This document shows, in pieces, positions 8,514 through 15,889 of a stretch of DNA of 52,889 bases. The DNA is from Anaerolineales bacterium UBA832 (lineage in GTDB: Bacteria > Chloroflexota > Anaerolineae > Anaerolineales > UBA11657). The stretch covers positions 1-52,889 of the forward strand of contig DBHI01000108.1 in the NCBI GenBank assembly GCA_002296125.1. The letters run 5' to 3'. The translations under genes and the position numbers were made by a program. The notes under the pieces were generated by a model, which worked only from the letters and a program-made list of their open reading frames with translations, was not told the DNA's origin and did no database searches. The stretch's first letter is position 1. Each line of letters begins with the position of its first letter.

Positions 8514-9581
8514 ATGCCAATAGTCGCCCATAGTTCACTTCCTGTATTTGATAAATTACGAGATGATGGTCAAACAGTATTAACGTTGAATATTGCTAAT
8601 CAACAGAATATACGTGAATTACATATAGGTTTGTTGAATTTAATGCCTGATGCAGCATTACGTGTAACTGAAGAACAATTTGTTAGGTTAGTGGGAAGCT
8701 GCAATCAGATTGCGCAACTTTTTGTCCATCCATTTTCTGTTAGTGGTTTGCCAAGAAGTAAAGAATCTCAGGATTACATAGATAGATACTATATGGATTT
8801 TCAAGAAATTAGACGTTGCGGATTGGATGCTTTAATTATTACTGGTGCTAATGTTTCCAATCCTGTATTGATAGATCAGGAGTTTTGGAAACCATTAGAG
8901 CAGGTTTTTAGTTGGGCATTAGAAAATGTAACGTCAGTATTGTGTTCATGCTTAGCAACGCATGCATTATTGAAAATGCTGTATGATATTGATCGTTACA
9001 AACTGCCAAAGAAGTGTTGGGGTGTTTTTGACCATGTTATAACAAATCCTAAGCATCCTATATTAAAGGATATTAATACTCGATTTGATGTTCCGCACTC
9101 GCGCTACAACGCGGTTAATCGTGACAGTTTAGAGTCAGCCGATTTGAGCGTTTTAGTAGAGACTGTTAATGGTGACGTACATATGGCGGTAAGTCCAGAT
9201 CAGTTTAGGGTCATATATTTTCAGGGTCATCCTGAATACTATACTATGAGTTTGTTGAAAGAATATAAGCGAGAAATTGATCGTTACTATAATGATGAAT
9301 TGAATAAATATCCAGTGGTTCCATCAAATTATTTTAGTGAAGATGCTGTTGGTATTATTGAGCAGTATAAAGACAGTGTTATGAGTGCTAAATCTACTGA
9401 CAAATTGTTGCCACAATTTCCAGAATCTGAATTACAGATGCATATACATAATACTTGGAGAGAAGCTGGAAAATCTATTTTTAACAATTGGTTAGGACTT
9501 ATCTATCAGTTGACAGATTTGGATCGCAAAGTACCTTTTTTAAACGATGTGGATCCAAATAATCCTTTGGGTATCTTATAG
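8514..9581 (+). CDS. metA: homoserine O-acyltransferase, MetA family
   Basis: The MPI... N-terminus, LHIGLLNLMPD, ITGA, the HSRYN motif and FQGHPEY are MetA (HTS/HTA) hallmarks. Confidence 0.85.
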   Translation: MPIVAHSSLPVFDKLRDDGQTVLTLNIANQQNIRELHIGLLNLMPDAALRVTEEQFVRLVGSCNQIAQLFVHPFSVSGLPRSKESQDYIDRYYMDFQEIRRCGLDALIITGANVSNPVLIDQEFWKPLEQVFSWALENVTSVLCSCLATHALLKMLYDIDRYKLPKKCWGVFDHVITNPKHPILKDINTRFDVPHSRYNAVNRDSLESADLSVLVETVNGDVHMAVSPDQFRVIYFQGHPEYYTMSLLKEYKREIDRYYNDELNKYPVVPSNYFSEDAVGIIEQYKDSVMSAKSTDKLLPQFPESELQMHIHNTWREAGKSIFNNWLGLIYQLTDLDRKVPFLNDVDPNNPLGIL

Positions 9582-9617
9582 TATGGGTTTAGATGTCTGG
9601 TGTGGTTTATGCACTAG

Positions 9618-9626
9618 TGGTACAAT
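9618..9626 (+). promoter_or_regulatory. candidate extended -10 element (TGgTACAAT) upstream of tRNA-Arg
   Basis: TG at 9618-9619 and TACAAT at 9621-9626, 17 nt before the mature tRNA 5' end. No convincing -35. Confidence 0.3.
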
Positions 9627-9642
9627 TTTATATTCTATTCCT

Positions 9643-9716
9643 GCCCCTGTAGCTCAATTGGATAGAGCAGCGGACTTCTAATCCGCAGGTTAGAGGTTCG
9701 AGTCCTCTCGGGGGTA
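9643..9716 (+). tRNA. tRNA-Arg (anticodon TCT)
   Basis: Manual cloverleaf fold. Acceptor stem is GCCCCTG/CGGGGGT with two G-U pairs. D stem is GCTC/GAGC. Anticodon stem GCGGA/TCCGC carries loop CTTCTAA, giving anticodon TCT. T arm is AGAGG-TTCGAGT-CCTCT. Discriminator is A. 74 nt, and CCA is not encoded. Confidence 0.9.
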
Positions 9717-9762
9717 CTGTAATTTTGTCTATTGTCTGATTATTGTATAGGTTATATTGTAA

Positions 9763-11394
9763 ATGCCTAAAATAGTTACTAGAGAACAAATGTATATTAT
9801 AGAGTTAGAGGCTTCTGAGCTAGGACTATCATATACAGATATGATGGAAAATGCTGGTATAGCAGTCTGTGAAACTATTACCTCCAGATTTGAAGATATT
9901 ACAGATGTTAATGTAATTTTAGCGATTGGTCCTGGAAACAATGGGGGAGATGGTTTAGTAAGTGCAAGATTACTTGCTGCTTTTGGTGCACATGTTAATG
10001 TTGTTACTGTGATTGATTCAAATAATAACGTTGAAAATTTTGAAAAAGCGATTAACGCTGGTGTTGAGGTTGTCCAAATAGATTTAGATGATAATTTGAA
10101 TGTTTTGAAAGATAAAATTGCAGAAGCAGACGTTTTTGTTGATGCTGTTTTTGGTATTGGAGCGCGAGTTCCTTTGGATGACCACGTTGTCAAATTTTTT
10201 TCAACAGTATCTGATATTTTGGATCATCATGATATTCTTTGTGTGGCTGTTGATTGTCCTTCCGGTATGGATTGTAACACAGGTGAGGTTGATGATAATG
10301 TTCTAGAAGCTGATATTACTGTAACATTTGGAGCAGCAAAAATAGGGCATTTTTTGTTCCCAGGAGCAGATGTTGTTGGTGAGTTAGTTTTAGCTGATAT
10401 AGGATTGCCTATCAACTTGCCAGCATTGGAAGCGATTGATTTAGATTTAGCTGTTGATGATGAGATTTTAGACTTATTGCCTGACAGACAATCTAATTCT
10501 CACAAGGGCACATATGGAACTACCTTAGTAGTTGCTGGTTCTACAAACTACTCTGGAGCTGCATATTTAGCAGCAGCTGGTGCTTACAAGATGGGTTCAG
10601 GTTTAGTTACAGTTGCTATTCCACATGAAATTTATCCAATAGTTGCATCACTATTACCAGAAGCTACTTCTGTGATTTTACCAAGTTATATGGGTGTAAT
10701 TGCGGAATCGGGAGCAAAAATTGTTCACGAATTGTTAGATAAGGTAGGTACATTGTTATTGGGGCCAGGTTTAGGAACAGAGAGCAGCACATTAGGTTTT
10801 TGTAATAATTTGTTTGCATCAGATAAAAGCAATAATTACTTGGGTGGTTTGGGGTTTAATGTTTCAAATAATAGTGATGATTCTGGTGGCATTGATTTAG
10901 ATGAATGGCCATTTGTAGTTGTTGATGCTGATGGATTAAAGTTATTGAATGAGATTGATAAGTGGTACTTACTATTGCCTAAAAATAGTGTTCTTACTCC
11001 ACATCCAGGTGAAATGTCTGTTCTTACTGGTTTGACAATAGATGAAATACAGTCAGATAGAGTGTCTATAGCTAGAGAATATTCTATGAAATGGAATCAT
11101 GTGGTAGTTTTAAAGGGTGCCTACACTGTAGTAGCTAATCCCAATGGACATGTTATGTTACATCCTTTTGCTACGTCTGCATTAGCTTCCGCAGGTACTG
11201 GAGATGTTTTAGCAGGTATGATTTCAGGTTTGCTTTCACAAGGCATGGAACCATACCAAGCTTCGGTTCTTGGTGTATTCTTACATGGATTATCTGCAGA
11301 ATTGTGTATGATGCTATATGGAGATTCACATAGCATCATGGCTAGTGATATTCTAGCCATGATACCTGAAGCTATTACTAGTCTAAAGCAATAA
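9763..11394 (+). CDS. nnr: bifunctional NAD(P)H-hydrate repair enzyme (epimerase / ADP-dependent dehydratase)
   Basis: The N-terminal YjeF_N pattern is GPGNNGGDG. The C-terminal carbohydrate-kinase-like domain shows HKGTYG, LTPHPGE and GTGDVLAG. Confidence 0.9.
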   Translation: MPKIVTREQMYIIELEASELGLSYTDMMENAGIAVCETITSRFEDITDVNVILAIGPGNNGGDGLVSARLLAAFGAHVNVVTVIDSNNNVENFEKAINAGVEVVQIDLDDNLNVLKDKIAEADVFVDAVFGIGARVPLDDHVVKFFSTVSDILDHHDILCVAVDCPSGMDCNTGEVDDNVLEADITVTFGAAKIGHFLFPGADVVGELVLADIGLPINLPALEAIDLDLAVDDEILDLLPDRQSNSHKGTYGTTLVVAGSTNYSGAAYLAAAGAYKMGSGLVTVAIPHEIYPIVASLLPEATSVILPSYMGVIAESGAKIVHELLDKVGTLLLGPGLGTESSTLGFCNNLFASDKSNNYLGGLGFNVSNNSDDSGGIDLDEWPFVVVDADGLKLLNEIDKWYLLLPKNSVLTPHPGEMSVLTGLTIDEIQSDRVSIAREYSMKWNHVVVLKGAYTVVANPNGHVMLHPFATSALASAGTGDVLAGMISGLLSQGMEPYQASVLGVFLHGLSAELCMMLYGDSHSIMASDILAMIPEAITSLKQ

Positions 11395-11402
11395 AGTTTT
11401 TG

Positions 11403-11744
11403 TTAATCTACGGGGTCTTTACTTTTTTTTGATACACTTCGTTTAGCCTTTTTAGTTGCAGTCTTTGCAGCTTCACGTACTATTTCTTCCGCTTTATTGC
11501 GCATTTCGGAAGCTATTACATTGGCTTTGTTTTTACTATCTTCTGCCGCATTTTGTGCTATTTCTTTGGCATTATACCAAGTATTACTACCTTGTTCTTT
11601 TATGTCGAGACCTTTTTGTCGGATCTGATTACGTGTTTCTTCACCGCTTTGTGGTGCTAGTACTAATGCTGTTAGAGCTCCTATTAATCCACCAACAACT
11701 AAACCTGAAAAAAAAGCTCCAAACCCATTTTTATTTTCTGACAT
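11403..11744 (-). CDS. YtxH domain-containing protein
   Basis: FFSGLVVGGLIGALTALVLAPQSGEETRNQIRQKG is the canonical YtxH N-terminal helix plus the APQSGxETR motif. The tail is charged and helical. Confidence 0.75.
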   Translation of the reverse strand: MSENKNGFGAFFSGLVVGGLIGALTALVLAPQSGEETRNQIRQKGLDIKEQGSNTWYNAKEIAQNAAEDSKNKANVIASEMRNKAEEIVREAAKTATKKAKRSVSKKSKDPVD

Positions 11745-11771
11745 TATATACTCCTTTGTACTTGTGCATGA

Positions 11772-12179
11772 TTACTTTTTCTTTGGTATGAATATGCTCA
11801 ATAGACTTGTAAATTTTTTGTAATTGCCGAATACTTTGGCTAAAGGTTTTATAGCATTGGACTGTATTAAATGAACAGTTTCTTGAATAGTGGTTATTGT
11901 TTCACTTGTTTGTTCCATGATTGGTCTTATGTCTTCTTGAATTAGGCGGATATATTTAGTTATTTGTATAATAGCAATAATAATGGTTATACCTATTATT
12001 ATTGCTTCTATTGTTAGAATAATGATCATAAAGTCACGAATTAGTCTTGTGGTTTGTGGGTTTCTAAATAAAACAATTCCTAATACCGTTAAGATTGCTA
12101 ATATCAATGCAAACACAATACTAATTATTAATATTAGTTTACAACCACCGTTATTTTTTGAGTTTTTGTGTGGATTCAT
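11772..12179 (-). CDS. membrane protein, DUF948/YtxG-like (tentative)
   Basis: Two N-terminal TM helices are followed by a helical segment, IQEDIRPIMEQTSETITTIQETVHLIQ. It sits directly upstream of a YtxH gene, as in the Bacillus ytxG-ytxH arrangement. Confidence 0.55.
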   Translation of the reverse strand: MNPHKNSKNNGGCKLILIISIVFALILAILTVLGIVLFRNPQTTRLIRDFMIIILTIEAIIIGITIIIAIIQITKYIRLIQEDIRPIMEQTSETITTIQETVHLIQSNAIKPLAKVFGNYKKFTSLLSIFIPKKK

Positions 12180-12186
12180 TGGAATG

Positions 12187-12195
12187 ATTATAACA
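12187..12195 (-). promoter_or_regulatory. candidate extended -10 (TGTTATAAT) 7 nt upstream of the ATG at 12179
   Basis: Plus-strand attataaca at 12187-12195 reads TGTTATAAT on the minus strand. The spacing would put the transcription start at or next to the start codon. Confidence 0.35.
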
Positions 12196-12246
12196 TAGAA
12201 AGAAATAGAGTACTCTGTGTTGCAGGTTACTCTATTTCTTTCTATG
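12194..12246. repeat. perfect 19-bp inverted repeat with a 15-nt loop (intergenic hairpin)
   Basis: catagaaagaaatagagta (12194-12212) and its exact reverse complement tactctatttctttctatg (12228-12246). It lies between two minus-strand genes, and no adjacent U-tract follows. Confidence 0.8.
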
Positions 12247-12268
12247 TATATGTTTTCTATCTTATCTC

Positions 12269-12547
12269 TTAGATATCTGTGTTATTAGAGTTGTTGTTTT
12301 GTACCAACCAGTGTGAGAATACTAGCGCTAATATTGATCCGATGGTAGCCATTCCTGCATTTAATGGTCCAATTGCATAAAGTGATGTTTCTGTTGATGA
12401 GCTAATATTATGTCCTATAGCAAATCCCATCCAGCTAGCGATTAAATACAATATGAGTTTGTTGGATGTACCACCCATATATAAATGAAATGCACTACCA
12501 TATAATGTAGACAATATTATGCTAATAAGATATGCTGGTGTAGTCAT
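12269..12547 (-). CDS. small membrane protein (about 92 aa), hypothetical
   Basis: Three predicted TM helices. ATG at 12547 overlaps the mnmA stop as ATGA (12544-12547). The ORF-track start at 12574 would lie inside mnmA. Confidence 0.5.
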   Translation of the reverse strand: MTTPAYLISIILSTLYGSAFHLYMGGTSNKLILYLIASWMGFAIGHNISSSTETSLYAIGPLNAGMATIGSILALVFSHWLVQNNNSNNTDI

Positions 12548-13614
12548 GTTATGATAATACCTCCACCTAGGCATGAATCATTTTGATAAAATACTGCAGC
12601 TTGTCCAGGGGTAATATCGTTTATTGGTTTATCAAGCTTTATATTAAGTTCCTTATCATTCTTTGGTAATATCCAAGCAGATATAGCCCTAGCAGTATAT
12701 CTCAATTGTACCTTAGCTCGGAAGTTTTTATGTATAGGATCTCCACTGATCCAGTTGACTTTATTAACAGATAAATGATTTTTACCTAATTTGCTATGTT
12801 TATCAACAATGAGTGTGTTGGTCGACATGTTTTTTTCTAATACATATAATGGTTCTTTTGCTGAAATACCTATTCCTTTTCGTTGTCCAATGGTATACAG
12901 AGGTAGTCCTTTATGGTCTCCAATCTTTTCACCTTTACTATTAGTTATTGGTCCTGGTTTCATCGATTTTGGAGCGTATTGATGCATGAATCTTCGATAA
13001 TTTCTATCTGCTAGAAAACATAAATCCTGACTTTCTTGTCGTTCTGCTACAGGAAGATCAAATTGTTTTGCTAAGTCTCTAATTTTATTTTTCGTGTATT
13101 TGCCTATTGGAAAAAGAGTGTGTTTGAGTTCTTTTTGACCTATCATACTAAGTGCATATGATTGATCTTTATTTTGGTCAGATCCTCGTAACAAGAACCA
13201 TTTGTCACCTCGTTTGTCTACTCTGGCATAATGACCAGTAGCTAAATGAGATGCACCCATTGCAAGTGATTTTTCTAACAAATGTCCCCACCGTATGTTT
13301 TTATTACATTCTAAACACGGATTAGGAGTAACACCTGAGCTATATTTGTCAATAAAAAAGCTGACCACTGATTCATGAAAGACATTTTTGGCATCCAGTA
13401 CGTAAAATGGTATATCAAGCATGGCAGCTACTTGCCTAGCTCGTGTTATTGATTCTGGACTACAACATCTATTTTGTCCATTTGTCGATTGTCCAGGTTC
13501 ACTCCATAGCCTTAGCATTATTCCAAAAACATCATATCCTTGGTTTTTTAATAGAGCAGCTGCTACAGAACTATCTACTCCTCCGCTCATGCCCACTGCA
13601 ATTTTTTTTGTCAT
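12544..13614 (-). CDS. mnmA: tRNA 2-thiouridine(34) synthase
   Basis: PP-loop IAVGMSGGVDSSVAA, NPCLECN, and typical MnmA length and C-terminal barrel region. Confidence 0.9.
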   Translation of the reverse strand: MTKKIAVGMSGGVDSSVAAALLKNQGYDVFGIMLRLWSEPGQSTNGQNRCCSPESITRARQVAAMLDIPFYVLDAKNVFHESVVSFFIDKYSSGVTPNPCLECNKNIRWGHLLEKSLAMGASHLATGHYARVDKRGDKWFLLRGSDQNKDQSYALSMIGQKELKHTLFPIGKYTKNKIRDLAKQFDLPVAERQESQDLCFLADRNYRRFMHQYAPKSMKPGPITNSKGEKIGDHKGLPLYTIGQRKGIGISAKEPLYVLEKNMSTNTLIVDKHSKLGKNHLSVNKVNWISGDPIHKNFRAKVQLRYTARAISAWILPKNDKELNIKLDKPINDITPGQAAVFYQNDSCLGGGIIIT

Positions 13615-13616
13615 GA

Positions 13617-14774
13617 CTAAGGAGTTCCTCTCATTTTTGAAATAATTTTAGGAAGCATTGTGATAACGTAGTTTACCTGATCTTGATTAGTATTTCGTCC
13701 TATACTAAGTCTTAGTGATCCCAGTGATAAATTAGATGATAATCCAATGGCTTGTAATACTATAGAAGGTTCAGGATTACCTATTTTACATGCTGATCCT
13801 GAACTGGCAGCTATATCATATATGTCTAGATTCATGATTAGTTCATTGCCATCAATATTATCAAAAACAAAACTTGCATTATTAGGTAGTCTCTGTTTTT
13901 TGTGACCAGTAATATAACAATCTGGTATTTCTTGTAAAATAGTATCAATAAGTAAATTACGTAGTTGTGTCATCTTGATAGTATCATCCTTATATCTAGA
14001 CATACTGATTTCAAGTGCTTTTGCCATTCCTGCAATTAATGGTACATTTTCAGTACCAGCTCTGAGTCCATTTTCTTGTGAACCACCTGTTTGGGTTGAT
14101 CGAAATGGTATGTTACGCTTAATGTAGAGGGCGCCTATTCCTTTAGGACCATAGAATTTGTGCCCACTGATTGACATTAGGTCGACTCCTAAACTCTTTA
14201 CATCTAATATTAATTGTCCTGCAGCTTGAACAGCATCTGTATGGAATAATATATTAGATGCTTTTGTTATTTCACTTAGTTTGGATATAGGTTGAATAAC
14301 ACCAATTTCATTGTTGGCATACATGATTGACACTAAAATAGTATTTTCTTTTATTGCATTTGCTAGATCGTGAGGTTCAACAAGACCGTATTGATTTACA
14401 GGAAGAATTGTAAGTTCAAACCCATATTTTGTTTTTAAGTCATGAGCAGTATTCATTATTGCGGGATGTTCTATTGAAGATATTATCATATGATTATTTT
14501 TATTTCGGTGATAAGCTTCTAGAGCTATACCGCGAAGGGCAAGATTGTCGCTTTCTGTACCACTAGATGTAAAGATAATTTCATCAGTTTCACAATTTAA
14601 TGATTTCGAGATTGTTTCTCGGGAAGAATGAAGGATGTATTCACTTCTTTGTCCCCAATGATGAATTGAAGATGGATTACCATATTCAGTTGTAAACAGA
14701 GGAATCATAACTTCTAATACTTCAGGATCTACTGGCGTAGTAGCAGCATGATCCATATATATACGTTTATTCAT
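13617..14774 (-). CDS. cysteine desulfurase (NifS/IscS class V aminotransferase)
   Basis: MDHAATTP N-terminus, PLP-lysine motif SGHKFYGPKGIGALY, active-site loop SSGSAC. Confidence 0.9.
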   Translation of the reverse strand: MNKRIYMDHAATTPVDPEVLEVMIPLFTTEYGNPSSIHHWGQRSEYILHSSRETISKSLNCETDEIIFTSSGTESDNLALRGIALEAYHRNKNNHMIISSIEHPAIMNTAHDLKTKYGFELTILPVNQYGLVEPHDLANAIKENTILVSIMYANNEIGVIQPISKLSEITKASNILFHTDAVQAAGQLILDVKSLGVDLMSISGHKFYGPKGIGALYIKRNIPFRSTQTGGSQENGLRAGTENVPLIAGMAKALEISMSRYKDDTIKMTQLRNLLIDTILQEIPDCYITGHKKQRLPNNASFVFDNIDGNELIMNLDIYDIAASSGSACKIGNPEPSIVLQAIGLSSNLSLGSLRLSIGRNTNQDQVNYVITMLPKIISKMRGTP

Positions 14775-14794
14775 TTAGTGTTTCACCTAGTGTT

Positions 14795-15094
14795 CTATAG
14801 CTGGAATCCTTGTTGTGCTGGTATTACCTTGTGCTCTAAATCATCTACAAAATCTAGCAATCGTGATTCAAGATTATGCCAATCATCACTTTCTAGGATT
14901 TGTTGAATTTTTTCTTTGGTGTCAATAGTACCTGCTGTAAGAATTTGTGAACAATTACCATACAATGTATACCACGCGTCTGTGGGTTTGATACCCATTT
15001 TGGTAATGCTTGGTACAAATTCTCTTACAATAAAGTCGAAATATTCTTGTTCAAGATTAGGTTTAATATTCCAAGTCAGGATGATTTTTACCAT
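14795..15094 (-). CDS. hypothetical protein (99 aa)
   Basis: ORF in an operon position between the MBL hydrolase and the cysteine desulfurase. No motif recognised. Confidence 0.5.
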   Translation of the reverse strand: MVKIILTWNIKPNLEQEYFDFIVREFVPSITKMGIKPTDAWYTLYGNCSQILTAGTIDTKEKIQQILESDDWHNLESRLLDFVDDLEHKVIPAQQGFQL

Positions 15095-15140
15095 TTTTCG
15101 GTGTTACTCAATATTATGATGTGACAAATGAACATATGAA

Positions 15141-15779
15141 TTAGCTTTTGGGTTCAAGAATTACAACTTGTGTTTCATCAGGTAGACTCGATTTTGTAAC
15201 TTTAATGCTAGTTTCAGCAGTTGGTCTACTGAGTCCCATTTCCTTCAAGAAACGACTTAAGGGATCTAACTTTGGTTTGAGTTTTGGGACTTTATAGTGC
15301 ATTGGTACTACTATTGCCGGTTCAATTATGCTGATTATTTCTGCTGCTTGAGCTGCATTCAGGCCTTGTCCACCACCTACAGGAACTAGAAGTACATCTA
15401 CAGTACCTAATGCTTCGATGTGTGTTTGTGATGGTATATTGTTTATATCACCTAAATGACATACATTTGCCGATTCATATGCAATCAAATAAGCAGTATT
15501 AGACTGTATCTGATCTACCTTATCTTTATTGTTGGAGGTGTTGACACCAGTAATAAATGCACCACCAATTTCATATTCTCCTGGTCCAGTAATAATGCGT
15601 GCACCTTTGATTATCTTAGTGTTACTATGTCCAGGTGCCTCATGGCTTACAGTGACAACTTCCGCTTTTATCTTTGGTTCAGTTAATCCTATTTTTTTGT
15701 TATAAGGATCTGTAACTACTGATGCTGAATTACGTTCAGTAATTCTAAAGCATGAATATCCGTACCATGTAATTTCCAT
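15141..15779 (-). CDS. metal-dependent hydrolase, MBL fold (UPF0173-like)
   Basis: The N-terminus MEITWYGYSCFRI...VVTDPY and the later VSHEAPGH and HLGD motifs are typical of this family. Confidence 0.8.
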   Translation of the reverse strand: MEITWYGYSCFRITERNSASVVTDPYNKKIGLTEPKIKAEVVTVSHEAPGHSNTKIIKGARIITGPGEYEIGGAFITGVNTSNNKDKVDQIQSNTAYLIAYESANVCHLGDINNIPSQTHIEALGTVDVLLVPVGGGQGLNAAQAAEIISIIEPAIVVPMHYKVPKLKPKLDPLSRFLKEMGLSRPTAETSIKVTKSSLPDETQVVILEPKS

Positions 15780-15800
15780 TGTTATTTACTCCTAATCATG

Positions 15801-15809
15801 ATTATACCA
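15801..15809 (-). promoter_or_regulatory. candidate extended -10 (TGGTATAAT) for the MBL-hydrolase/desulfurase/mnmA operon
   Basis: Plus-strand attatacca at 15801-15809 reads TGGTATAAT on the minus strand. An AGGAG SD (plus ctcct, 15789-15793) follows, then ATG at 15779. Confidence 0.4.
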
Positions 15810-15889
15810 TTTCGATGTTTTCTATAGTTGTGTAAGTTGTATAATTCTGTAAAACAAACATTGCCTTCAAAATATATCTGGAGTAACGT

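Noticed and set aside
9582-9762. tRNA-Arg as an integration hotspot or genomic-island boundary
   Set aside because: No integrase, no phage or transposon genes, and no duplicated copy of the tRNA 3' end noticed nearby. The flanking genes (metA, nnr) are ordinary housekeeping genes.
9729-10193. 154-aa minus-strand ORF from the track
   Set aside because: It is antisense to the well-supported nnr gene and has low-complexity S/T/A/K-rich translation with no start signals. It is a typical shadow ORF.
11456-12198. Plus-strand ORFs 11456-11791 and 11983-12198
   Set aside because: They are antisense to the YtxH and DUF948-like genes. Their L/F/Y-rich translations are what is expected from the reverse frame of AT-rich coding sequence.
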